Origin: Eubacteriales bacterium | GTDB lineage: Bacteria; Bacillota; Clostridia; Saccharofermentanales; Saccharofermentanaceae | Assembly (NCBI GenBank): GCA_037143795.1 | Contig: JBAWXZ010000005.1 | Coordinates: 130,527 to 194,526 of the forward strand | Direction: 5' to 3' | Length of the DNA: 64,000 nucleotides | Part shown: positions 51,617 through 61,171 of the stretch, piece after piece | Numbering within the stretch: position 1 is the first letter of the stretch | Layout: each line of letters starts with the position of its first letter | Notes under the pieces: model-generated | The model's input: the letters and a program-made list of their open reading frames with translations, nothing else | Databases searched by the model: none | What the model was told of the DNA's origin: nothing | Translations under genes and position numbers: made by a program

Positions 51617-51700
51617 TAATTGTATAAAACAAGCCAAATTTCCTGCGGGCATTTCAAAGTGCCCGCAGGGAAGGTTTCAAAACCAGAATAGGAGCTCATT

Positions 51701-52723
51701 ATGGGTAAAGTTGTATGTTTCGGTGAAATTATGGGGCGCCTGAACCCTCCTGGGTATCTTAAAGTAGTACAGGCACATTCATTCGAATTATCTTTTGCCG
51801 GCGGCGAGGCAAATGTTGCTGTCTCCGTTGCGAATTTCGGAGCGAAAGCATCCTTTGTAACAAAGCTGCCGAAAAATGATCTCGCAAAAAATGCCCTTCG
51901 TATTTTAAAGGGATACGATGTGGATGTTTCGGATATTGTATATGGCGGCGAACGGCTTGGTATGTATTATGTTGAAAAGGGGGCCTCGCAGCGTCCTTCT
52001 AAAATCATATATGACCGCAAATATTCTTCTATTTCCACCGCTTCCGGAACGGACTTTGATTGGGAAAAAATATTTGCAGATGCGGACTGGTTTCATTTTA
52101 CCGGCATCACTCCGGCATTGTCGGATGAGTTGGCCCGGATTTGCAGCGATGCCTGCACAGAGGCGAAAAAACGCGGTATCTTTATCAGCTGCGATTTGAA
52201 TTACCGTAAGAATTTATGGTCCCCAGAAAAAGCTGGAAAGGTAATGGGCGGCTTAATGCCGTTTGTAGATCTAATTATTGCAAATGAAGAAGATGCAGAT
52301 ATGGTGTTTGGCATCAAAGCGTCCCATACGGATGTTACATCGGCATCCCTCAGTCACGCAGGTTATGAAGATGTTGCAGCCCAATTATGCAGGCGGTTCG
52401 GAAGCGATTATGTTGCGATTACACTTCGCGGGAGTATTTCAGCGAGCGACAACCGTTGGAGCGGAATGCTGTATTCCGACGGACAAAGTAATTTTTCAAG
52501 GGAGTACAATATCCATATTGTAGATCGTGTCGGCGGCGGTGATTCATTTGCCGGAGCACTTATATTTGCACTGCATGAAAAATATGAACCGAAAATGGCT
52601 ATTGAGTTTGCAGCAGCTGCATCCTGTTTGAAACATGCAATCGAATTTGATTTTAATCAGGTTACTGTTTCAGATGTGGAAACCCTGCTGGACGGTGACG
52701 GATCAGGTCGTGTGCAGCGATAA
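51701..52723 (+). CDS. kdgK: PfkB-family sugar kinase, 2-dehydro-3-deoxygluconokinase-like
   Basis: N-terminal VVCFGEIMGRL with GG and a C-terminal DRVGGGDSFAGAL (PfkB signature 2). Confidence 0.8.
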   Translation: MGKVVCFGEIMGRLNPPGYLKVVQAHSFELSFAGGEANVAVSVANFGAKASFVTKLPKNDLAKNALRILKGYDVDVSDIVYGGERLGMYYVEKGASQRPSKIIYDRKYSSISTASGTDFDWEKIFADADWFHFTGITPALSDELARICSDACTEAKKRGIFISCDLNYRKNLWSPEKAGKVMGGLMPFVDLIIANEEDADMVFGIKASHTDVTSASLSHAGYEDVAAQLCRRFGSDYVAITLRGSISASDNRWSGMLYSDGQSNFSREYNIHIVDRVGGGDSFAGALIFALHEKYEPKMAIEFAAAASCLKHAIEFDFNQVTVSDVETLLDGDGSGRVQR

Positions 52724-52769
52724 CCGGAAGGGTTAACTATTGAATCCGAAAATATTAAGGAGATATATC

Positions 52770-53132
52770 ATGGGGAGACAAATAGAGGAAATGGGCTTTT
52801 ATGTTGCGCATATCGGTATCAATTGCATGGATGAAAAAAGTGCGTCACAAGCCGCCAATACATTCTCCGGGATTTTTGGTTTCCCCGTTAAGGATGGGAA
52901 GTCATCTTTGTTTGCCGGTAAGCAAATTGAATTGTTAAAAAGTCCCGGTTATGGATCAAAAGGACACATTGCCGTAATGTCAAATGATATTGATGAATCG
53001 ATCAGACTGCTTTATGACAATGGAGTTGACTTTATATGGGATTCTATTTCAAAGAACGAAAAAGGAGAGACCGTGCGCATATTTTTGAAAAATGAAATTG
53101 AAGGATTTGCGATACATCTTCTGAGAACGTGA
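52770..53132 (+). CDS. Small hypothetical protein, possibly VOC/glyoxalase-like fold
   Basis: FYVAHIGINC... GFAIHLL pattern. AAGGAG RBS. Weak assignment. Confidence 0.35.
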   Translation: MGRQIEEMGFYVAHIGINCMDEKSASQAANTFSGIFGFPVKDGKSSLFAGKQIELLKSPGYGSKGHIAVMSNDIDESIRLLYDNGVDFIWDSISKNEKGETVRIFLKNEIEGFAIHLLRT

Positions 53133-53266
53133 AATAGATAAGTATGCATGATTAGTTTTTCAATCTGAAATATTAACTGGCCGGAAACACCGAAAATGCG
53201 GATTCCGACCAGTTTTAATTTCCCGGGCAATCGAATAAATATTCAGTAAGAAAGGAATGCAAACTA

Positions 53267-54349
53267 ATGAATAACCGGATTACTTTATGTAATGTAAAAA
53301 AAAGACTTGAAGAACAGGCATTTGATTATGAGGTCCTGATGCTCCAGGACGATTTTTCGATATTGTGCTCGGGAAGAGGCGGAAGAATCTTTGGCCCCTT
53401 TGAAAGTGAAGATTCGGAAAGTGTCTTTTGGGTGAATAAAGCTTTCCGATATTCCGAAGCTTTTGCCGGATTTATCCGTGATGAAGAATGGAATATGGGT
53501 GGAGACAGAATCTGGATTGCACCGGAGATACCTTTTTTCGTAAAGGACAGGGCAGCCGGATTTGATAGCTTTATTGTGCAAAAGCATCTTGATCCTGGAA
53601 ATTATGATTTGTGCAGAAGAGCTGATTCCATAATTCTGGATCAGGATGTTATTCTCGATGTTTATCAGAATGCGTGCACAAAAAAAGAATTTCATCTTAA
53701 AAAGACAATTTGTAAAAGTGATAATCCTCTTCGGAATTTGCCGGTATTTGAAGAATTGAGCAGCAAAGTCAAGTTCTGCGGATTTGAGCAGATAATTGAA
53801 TTAGCTGATAATTCCGAAGATTGTGACCTTTACCTTGAGAACTGGATACTTACTCAGGTGAATACACCAGGCATTCTGATTGTTCCCTTTCTGGGAAGGA
53901 TGGAATTTGTTGATTATTTTGAGCCAGTTGAGAAACAGGATTTTTATATCCGGGATAATTATATGGAGATTAATGTTACCGGTGACAGACGGTATAAGCT
54001 TGGATTCAAATCAGTTATTTCAACAGGCAGATCAGGATATTTAAGTAAGCTGTCTGATGGCCGGAGTTATCTGATTATCAGGTCATTCATTAATAATCCA
54101 TCCTCCCTGTATTGCTGCGAACCATTTGATAAACCGGGTCAAACCGGTTGTTCTTCATTTATATATAATGATTCAGGTGCCCTGGGCGGATATGCGGAAA
54201 TGGAAAATCTCGGAATAACAATATCCGGGGATACAGGGAAAAAATGTTCAGCCGATGTTGTTTATAACTGGCTGTATATAGGGGAGGAGACAGCATTAAA
54301 ACAGATAGCGAATACACTTTTGGAAATAAAATTAATCAAATACAATTGA
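53267..54349 (+). CDS. Hypothetical protein (360 aa), last gene of the sugar-acid operon
   Basis: Intact ORF with RBS. No motif recognised. Lower GC than its neighbours. Confidence 0.45.
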   Translation: MNNRITLCNVKKRLEEQAFDYEVLMLQDDFSILCSGRGGRIFGPFESEDSESVFWVNKAFRYSEAFAGFIRDEEWNMGGDRIWIAPEIPFFVKDRAAGFDSFIVQKHLDPGNYDLCRRADSIILDQDVILDVYQNACTKKEFHLKKTICKSDNPLRNLPVFEELSSKVKFCGFEQIIELADNSEDCDLYLENWILTQVNTPGILIVPFLGRMEFVDYFEPVEKQDFYIRDNYMEINVTGDRRYKLGFKSVISTGRSGYLSKLSDGRSYLIIRSFINNPSSLYCCEPFDKPGQTGCSSFIYNDSGALGGYAEMENLGITISGDTGKKCSADVVYNWLYIGEETALKQIANTLLEIKLIKYN

Positions 54350-54638
54350 CAAGTAAACATCTAGGTATGATAATAAAATCATCCTAGATCCGTGATATTT
54401 TTGACTTAATTAAGGAATAGCAGCACATATTAAATTGCCGTAAGATAGCAGAACATATATAAGCCGCCTGTGTCAGCAGAGCATAGTTGCGTTAAAAACA
54501 GATTCAGAATGCAGTCCATCAGTATTATTTTATGACTTAGCCTATTAGTCTTTTTTGCTTTCTCATTTTTGTCATGCGCTTTTTTTCAAATGCCGATTCA
54601 ACCGATCCAAATGCGGTTCCTGAATCTTCGATGAAAGG

Positions 54639-56342
54639 GTGACAGATATGGACTTGAAATACAATAAATGTACGCATCTCCGGGATTTACGCGCACTAAT
54701 TAATTATTCAGCCGGCAAATATGGCGATAAACCGGCTTTTCGGGAGTTTGACGCCAACCATGAAGTGCTGGAATATTCTTTCAATCAACTTAAAACCGAT
54801 ACGGAGGCTTTGGGCGCAAAACTTGTTGCTGATAACATGGCGGGCCGGCATTTTGCCCTGCTGGGCGAAAGCTCATACGGCTATGTCGTCAGTTACCTGG
54901 CTATGGTGAATTGGGTTGGCGTCATTGTTCCTATTGACAGGGAACTGACTGTCGAAGATATCATTAACCTGCTTAATAAAAGTGACGCTGAAGGCATATT
55001 TTTCTCCAATACATTCGCATCCGTTATTCCGGATATTCTTGCCGCATGTCCGGATATTTCATGCACGGTCAATATCAGTTCAACCGCTCCCAGCTTGAAG
55101 TACCATTCGCTGCATGATTTTATCGAAGCCGGACAATCCCTTATAGATCAGGGATTTACTTCTTATCAGGACACGGATCTGGATGTTGATAAGCTCTGCA
55201 CAATTCTGTTTACATCAGGAACGACAGGCGCTAATAAGGGCGTAATGCTCTGCCACAGGAATCTGACAACCTGCCTGTTTGCGGCCATGTCACTTTTTGT
55301 TTTGCCGGAAACCAGTTTTTCCGTACTCCCGATCAACCATTCATATGAATTTAATATTCATGTCCTTGGCAGCATATACGGGGGAGCTGCCCTGTGTTTC
55401 AACGATTCCATCAAGCACGTCAAAGAGAATCTGCAGATTTTTAAGCCGCAGATGAGCCTTATGGTGCCCATGATTGTAGAGGGTCTTTATAAGAATATCT
55501 GGAAGGAGGCAGTAAAAAATAATCTGGATAAACACTTGAAATATGGCATCTGGTACAGCAATTTGATCCGCAAAATTGGAATTGATCAGAGAAGACTGTT
55601 TTTCAATCCGATCCACATAAACCTCGGAGGTAATCTGAAGATGATCGTCAGCGGCGGGGCCCCCCTGAACCAGGAACTGGTAAAAGGCTTTGATGATCTG
55701 GGTATAAGCGTGTATAACGGATACGGCATCACCGAATGCTCACCTCTTATATCATCAAACAGTCCCCTGTACAATAAGCCGGGAAGTGTAGGCGTAATAG
55801 TCCCGGGCTGCACGGTCAGAATCGGAGACAAAAATCCGGAAGGCATCGGCGAAATTCAGGTCAAAGGCGATAACGTCATGCTTGGATACTACAAGGATGA
55901 GGATGCGACCAGAAGATCGTTTACTGAGGACGGGTGGTTTAAGACAGGAGACCTTGGATATCAGAATAAAAAGGGGGTTTTATTCATTACAGGACGCCAG
56001 AAGAACTTGATTATCCTTCCCAACGGGAAAAATGTTCATCCGGAAGAACTCGAAGAACACCTGTTCAAACGCATTAATTATATCCGTGAAGCGGTCGTAT
56101 ATGCCCAGGTGGACGAGAAGGGAAACGACAGTATTATTACGGTGATTGCATACCTCGACCAGCAGTTCACAGATGCGATGGGTATGAGCAGGGCAAAGGA
56201 AATGTTTGAAGAAGATGTAAACAGAGTGAACAGGCATCTGGCAGCATATAAGAGAATAACTCAGGCACTGGTTCGTGAGACTGAGTTCGAAAAGACAACA
56301 ACAAAGAAAATCAAGAGAAATGCTATTAACAGGGGGGTGTAA
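54639..56342 (+). CDS. AMP-dependent synthetase/ligase (fatty-acyl-AMP ligase or acyl-ACP synthetase type)
   Basis: AMP-binding core FTSGTTGANKGVMLCHRNL and YGITE...; then GWFKTGDLG and the PNGKNVHPEELEE C-terminal subdomain. 567 aa. Confidence 0.8.
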   Translation: MTDMDLKYNKCTHLRDLRALINYSAGKYGDKPAFREFDANHEVLEYSFNQLKTDTEALGAKLVADNMAGRHFALLGESSYGYVVSYLAMVNWVGVIVPIDRELTVEDIINLLNKSDAEGIFFSNTFASVIPDILAACPDISCTVNISSTAPSLKYHSLHDFIEAGQSLIDQGFTSYQDTDLDVDKLCTILFTSGTTGANKGVMLCHRNLTTCLFAAMSLFVLPETSFSVLPINHSYEFNIHVLGSIYGGAALCFNDSIKHVKENLQIFKPQMSLMVPMIVEGLYKNIWKEAVKNNLDKHLKYGIWYSNLIRKIGIDQRRLFFNPIHINLGGNLKMIVSGGAPLNQELVKGFDDLGISVYNGYGITECSPLISSNSPLYNKPGSVGVIVPGCTVRIGDKNPEGIGEIQVKGDNVMLGYYKDEDATRRSFTEDGWFKTGDLGYQNKKGVLFITGRQKNLIILPNGKNVHPEELEEHLFKRINYIREAVVYAQVDEKGNDSIITVIAYLDQQFTDAMGMSRAKEMFEEDVNRVNRHLAAYKRITQALVRETEFEKTTTKKIKRNAINRGV

Positions 56343-56346
56343 AAAA

Positions 56347-56577
56347 ATGCTTAACATCATTGTAAAGGATCTGCTGGAGTATGTGGATGTCGAGGAAAGC
56401 ACAATTACGGAAAAAACGAAACCCGCTTCCGACCTGCACCTGAATTCGTATGATTATATCTGTCTGGTAGGCAAACTTGAGGATGATCTCGGCATTACGA
56501 TTTCGGAAAGCGATCTGAGAGGTTTTACTACGCTGGGCGATCTGGACGAATATGTTCAAAAGAAAATGCTCCAATGA
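56347..56577 (+). CDS. Free-standing acyl carrier protein
   Basis: 76 aa. LHLNSYDYICL places Ser in the D/N-S-(L/Y)-D phosphopantetheine-attachment context. The ORF track starts earlier in the same frame, but ATG 56347 follows an AGGGGGG RBS. Confidence 0.7.
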   Translation: MLNIIVKDLLEYVDVEESTITEKTKPASDLHLNSYDYICLVGKLEDDLGITISESDLRGFTTLGDLDEYVQKKMLQ

Positions 56578-57152
56578 TATACATTGTCTGTTCAAAGGGT
56601 GATCGTTTTTTGACGGCACAGGAGCAATCGGATATGTCGCAGCACCTGCTCAGGACAGGGATGTCCGGAGAACATGGAATTGATGTCGTTAATGACGATA
56701 TCATCAGAAATGCATGGGGCAAACCGTTTTTAAAAGATCACCCTGATATTTATTTCAACGTAAGCCATTGTACAGGCGGCGTAGCATTGTCCATATCGTC
56801 ATTCCGAACAGGTATTGATATCGAAAAGGTTCGTTCATTTTCCGAAATTACAGCCAGGAAGATCCTTGCAGATAACGAACTGGAAACCATAAAGAACTCA
56901 AAGTACCCTGAATTGGATTTTTTTCGTTTCTGGACACTTAAGGAAAGCTACTTAAAAGCGCTGGGGATAGGTATATCCTATCCTCTGAATAAAATCAATT
57001 TTACAATCGATCAGAATTCAAATATTACAACGGATTTGAAGGGCTGTATGTTTGGCCTGTTTGAAAACGAACGGAATTTTGTCGCCGCCGTATGTTACCT
57101 GAACCGCAATGATCGCTTGAAGGAAACACTCATATACCGTTTACTGCCTTAA
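56574..57152 (+). CDS. 4'-phosphopantetheinyl transferase (Sfp type)
   Basis: FNVSHCTGGVALS and FWTLKESYLKALGIGI match the PPTase motifs (F/W)(N/S)xSH and WxxKEAxxK. ATGA-coupled to the ACP gene. Confidence 0.8.
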   Translation: MIYIVCSKGDRFLTAQEQSDMSQHLLRTGMSGEHGIDVVNDDIIRNAWGKPFLKDHPDIYFNVSHCTGGVALSISSFRTGIDIEKVRSFSEITARKILADNELETIKNSKYPELDFFRFWTLKESYLKALGIGISYPLNKINFTIDQNSNITTDLKGCMFGLFENERNFVAAVCYLNRNDRLKETLIYRLLP

Positions 57153-57165
57153 GTAGGTGAAATGA

Positions 57166-57870
57166 ATGGAAGACTATATCAGATTCGATCATGTGAAAAA
57201 GATTTACAAAATGGGTGAATATGACATTGAAGCCCTTGCAGGAGTATCTTTTTCCATTAATAAGGGCGAATTTGTCATTATTGCCGGTGCCAGCGGCGCA
57301 GGTAAAAGCACCGTGCTGAATATTCTTGGCGGAATGGACAGCCTGACATCGGGCAAGATTTTTGTGGACAACCGCGAAATAAGCAAATTCAAGCCAAAGG
57401 AACTGATAGAGTACAGAAGGCATGATGTCGGATTTGTTTTTCAGTTCTATAATCTGGTGCAAAATCTTACGGCCAAAGAAAATATAGAGCTGGCATCCCA
57501 GATTTGTAAAAATCCGATGGACATTAATGAAGTCATTGAGGGTGTCGGCTTAAGTGACAGAAAGAAGAATTTTCCTTCACAGCTTTCCGGAGGCGAACAG
57601 CAGAGAGTGGCTATCGCCAGGGCCCTGGCTAAAAATCCCAAGCTTATGCTCTGCGACGAACCCACGGGCGCACTTGACTATAATACCGGAAAGTCCATAT
57701 TGAAGCTGCTTCAGAATACGAGCCGGAATAATGGGATGACGGTAGTCGTTATTACGCATAACCTTGCGCTGACGCCGATGGGCGATCAGGTAATCCGTCT
57801 CAAGAGCGGACTCATTGACTCCATTGTCTATAATCCGGACCCTCAAAGTATTGATGAAATCGAGTGGTAG
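57166..57870 (+). CDS. ABC transporter ATP-binding protein (MacB/LolD/FtsE-like)
   Basis: [24 protein letters not shown], and a D-loop/H-motif (VVVITHN). Confidence 0.85.
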   Translation: MEDYIRFDHVKKIYKMGEYDIEALAGVSFSINKGEFVIIAGASGAGKSTVLNILGGMDSLTSGKIFVDNREISKFKPKELIEYRRHDVGFVFQFYNLVQNLTAKENIELASQICKNPMDINEVIEGVGLSDRKKNFPSQLSGGEQQRVAIARALAKNPKLMLCDEPTGALDYNTGKSILKLLQNTSRNNGMTVVVITHNLALTPMGDQVIRLKSGLIDSIVYNPDPQSIDEIEW

Positions 57871-57873
57871 CAT

Positions 57874-60800
57874 ATGAAATACTCACTTCTCAAGGATATA
57901 TTCAAAGAGATTGTGAAGAGTCCCAACCGCTTTCTTTCCATATTTTTGATTGTTGGACTTGGAACGGCTTTTTTTGCCGGACTAAAGGCAGCAGCCCCGG
58001 ATATGAAAAATACGGCTGATCTTTATTATGACAATTATAATATGATGGACATCAGGGTACTCTCGACGATGGGTCTTACAGATGAAGACATCGAAGCTAT
58101 GAAGCTTGTTGCGGGAGTCGAGACGGTTCAGCCATCTTACTTTGCGGATGTCGTTACAACCATCCATTCCAACGAGTGTGTTTTTCGTATTCATGCTCTT
58201 CCTGCTGCTGCGATCTCCGCCGGTTCTGAGGACTATCTGAACAAACCCAAAATTGTCGAAGGAAGGCTTCCGGCAAAGTCCGGTGAATGTATTATTGAAA
58301 AGTCAAATGCCGTCGACCTCGGCCTTCAAATCGGTGATACCATGACTGTGGCATCCGGAAAGAAAGAGGATCTGACGAATGTTCTTACTACGGATACTTT
58401 TACCATTGTCGGTAAAGCGGTATCCCCTTATTACCTGACCTATGATAAAGACTCTTCCGACATTGGCAGCGGAAAAGTCAATTTCTTTATGATGATCCTG
58501 TCAACTGATTTCAGCTACCCGGTCTATACAGAAGCCCTGGTAACCGTCAAAGGTGCCAAGGCACTCAACTCATACAGCCCGGAGTATCGTAAGCTGGTCG
58601 AAAAAACATTAAACCAGCTGGATAATGTCGTGGCTGAGCGCTCTGAAGACCGTCTGGCCGAACTTAAAAGTATGGCGACAGACCAGCTGAATGAAAAGAA
58701 GGCAGAGCTTAAGTTAAAAGAAGACGATTTCAATACGCAAATCGCAGATGGGCAGGTAAAATTAGATGATGCCCGGGACAAGCTGGTAGAGGCGCAGGCG
58801 ACACTTGACAGCGAAAAGAAAAACTATGAGATACAGATTGCAGCGGGCCAAAAACAAATCGATGACGGGGAAGCGGAACTAACCCAGGGTAAGATTGATT
58901 ATAATAACGCTGTTATTAAGTACGATCTTGCTCAGCAACAGTACGGCAGCCTTATTTCATCCCTTGATGAAGTTACATCCGCACTCAATCAGGTTGATTC
59001 GGACTCCCAGGTGCAGATCAATGAGATAAACATCAGGCTTGCAACGGACCCGACACTTACCGATCAGCAGCGTGCGGATTTCATGGCACAGAAGGAAACA
59101 CTGCTCGAGAATCAGGCGTCCGCTCAATCCGGGCTGGATCAACTGGACGATCTTAACAGGTCCTCCCAGGCGACCATGAAGGATGCAAAAACCCAGCTCG
59201 ACGATGCGAAGGCCAAACTGGATGCTTCACAGGTAAAGCTTGACCAGGCAAAAGCAGATTTGAACACAGCAAAACAAGAATCTGCCGTCAAATTTGCAGA
59301 TGCTGAAAAACAGATCGCTGACGGTACGGTTGAATATGATACGGCGAAGAAAGATTTTGACACCAAAAAGGCGGACGGAGAAACGCAGATTCAAGACGGA
59401 AAAGAGCAGGTGATCCGGGCGGAGAACCAGATTGAACTGCTATCCAAACCCAATTACTATGTGCTGGATAGAAATAAACTTTACAGTTATGCCGACTATG
59501 CATCTACAGCGGACAGAATGGATGCCATCGCCAAGATCTTCCCTGTATTTTTCTTCTTTGTGGCTGTTCTTGTCTGCCTGACAACCATGACGAGGATGGT
59601 CGATGAACAGCGGGGGACCATTGGGACCTTCAAGGCACTTGGATACACCAAGGTTGAGATTGTATATAAATATGTCAATTATGCGGCATTAGCGAGTGCC
59701 GCAGGCGGAGTGCTGGGTGTAATTGCCGGGATAAATATCTTTCCAAAGCTTATTTTTGATTCATGGTCGATGATGTATTCGCTGCCGCCCATGCAGGCTA
59801 TACCCCAGATACCGCTGATGGTCTTAACTGTAATAGCCGGCATACTAATTACCACGGTCTCGTCCTATGCTGCCTGCAATCAGGAACTCACGGTAACACC
59901 GGCGCTTCTGATGAGGCCGAAAGCACCGAAGGCAGGAAAAACCATCGTAATGGAAAAAATTAATTTTATATGGAATCACCTGAGTTTCAGCCAAAAGGTA
60001 ACGGCCAGAAACATTTTCCGGTATAAGAAAAGATTTTTCATGACGATCATAGGCATAGCCGGGTGCTCCGCACTCCTTGTTGCCGGTTTCGGGCTGAGCA
60101 ACTCTATCGGCCAGATTGTTGAAAAGCAATTTCACCAGATATTTACATACAATTTGAGCATGCGGTTTACTCCGACAGCGACCGATGACGAGAAAGAAGC
60201 TGTTGTACAAAAACTAAGTCAGATTCCTGAAATAAAGTCCTCACTGAAAGCAACGGAGATTAATGCAAAAATACAAAGTAACGGAGAGGAAATAGCCATG
60301 ACTTTAATCTGTCCGGACAACAGCGCTGACTTTTCAAATTACATATCCCTTCAGGACAGAACCTCGCAGAAGAAAATGATGCTGCCTGTGAGCGGACTGA
60401 TTATTACCGAAAAATTATCCAAGGAACTCGGTGTCGGGGTCGGCGATTCGGTCACGGTATATAATGCCGACGAAGCAGTCAAAAAGCTGGAAATTGCCGG
60501 AATAACGGAGAATTATATTTTTCACTATGGATATATCAGCCGCGAGTATTATAAGGAAATTTTCCGGTTTGACCCGGAATTCAATAGTATGCTGATTAAA
60601 TTGAATCAGCCTTCCAAGGATGTTGAGACGGCGCTGGGCAGTGAACTGATTGCCATGGACCAGGTAGCATCGGTTGCTTATTATTCTGATGTGGCCGTTA
60701 AATTTCAGGACACTATTAAAAGCCTGGATGCCATTGTATTGGCTATCATTGGAAGCGCCGGGCTTCTGGCTTTCGTCGTGCTTTATAATCTTACGAACAT

Positions 60801-61125
60801 CAACCTGAGCGAGCGTATTCGTGAGATTGCAACCATAAAAGTGCTTGGATTCTATAACAGGGAGGTTGCTTCCTACGTATACAGGGAGAACATCATTCTG
60901 TCCCTGATCGGTACGGCCGCGGGTTTAGGGTTAGGCATATACCTGCATAGAATTATCATGTCATCCATTGAACAGAACGGCATCATGTTCGGCAATTATA
61001 TAGCCGGTAATAGCTTCCTGTACGCCTTTGCCATTACAATGGCATTCAGCATGCTGGTTAATATTGTCATGTACAGGAGATTAAAGAATATTCCCATGGT
61101 CGAATCACTGAAAACTATTGAATAG
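57874..61125 (+). CDS. FtsX-family ABC permease with duplicated 4-TM FtsX modules and a large coiled-coil extracytoplasmic domain (MacB-like exporter)
   Basis: 1083 aa. TM clusters at ~aa 20-40, ~540-700 and ~940-1083. A long Gln/Asp/Ala/Lys-rich coiled-coil region (QLDDAKAKLDASQVKLDQAKADLNTAKQE) lies between them. Confidence 0.8.
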   Translation: MKYSLLKDIFKEIVKSPNRFLSIFLIVGLGTAFFAGLKAAAPDMKNTADLYYDNYNMMDIRVLSTMGLTDEDIEAMKLVAGVETVQPSYFADVVTTIHSNECVFRIHALPAAAISAGSEDYLNKPKIVEGRLPAKSGECIIEKSNAVDLGLQIGDTMTVASGKKEDLTNVLTTDTFTIVGKAVSPYYLTYDKDSSDIGSGKVNFFMMILSTDFSYPVYTEALVTVKGAKALNSYSPEYRKLVEKTLNQLDNVVAERSEDRLAELKSMATDQLNEKKAELKLKEDDFNTQIADGQVKLDDARDKLVEAQATLDSEKKNYEIQIAAGQKQIDDGEAELTQGKIDYNNAVIKYDLAQQQYGSLISSLDEVTSALNQVDSDSQVQINEINIRLATDPTLTDQQRADFMAQKETLLENQASAQSGLDQLDDLNRSSQATMKDAKTQLDDAKAKLDASQVKLDQAKADLNTAKQESAVKFADAEKQIADGTVEYDTAKKDFDTKKADGETQIQDGKEQVIRAENQIELLSKPNYYVLDRNKLYSYADYASTADRMDAIAKIFPVFFFFVAVLVCLTTMTRMVDEQRGTIGTFKALGYTKVEIVYKYVNYAALASAAGGVLGVIAGINIFPKLIFDSWSMMYSLPPMQAIPQIPLMVLTVIAGILITTVSSYAACNQELTVTPALLMRPKAPKAGKTIVMEKINFIWNHLSFSQKVTARNIFRYKKRFFMTIIGIAGCSALLVAGFGLSNSIGQIVEKQFHQIFTYNLSMRFTPTATDDEKEAVVQKLSQIPEIKSSLKATEINAKIQSNGEEIAMTLICPDNSADFSNYISLQDRTSQKKMMLPVSGLIITEKLSKELGVGVGDSVTVYNADEAVKKLEIAGITENYIFHYGYISREYYKEIFRFDPEFNSMLIKLNQPSKDVETALGSELIAMDQVASVAYYSDVAVKFQDTIKSLDAIVLAIIGSAGLLAFVVLYNLTNINLSERIREIATIKVLGFYNREVASYVYRENIILSLIGTAAGLGLGIYLHRIIMSSIEQNGIMFGNYIAGNSFLYAFAITMAFSMLVNIVMYRRLKNIPMVESLKTIE

Positions 61126-61171
61126 AAAAGAACAGCAGATGAAAAGCACGGCTCAGGCAGGAGGTAAAAGA

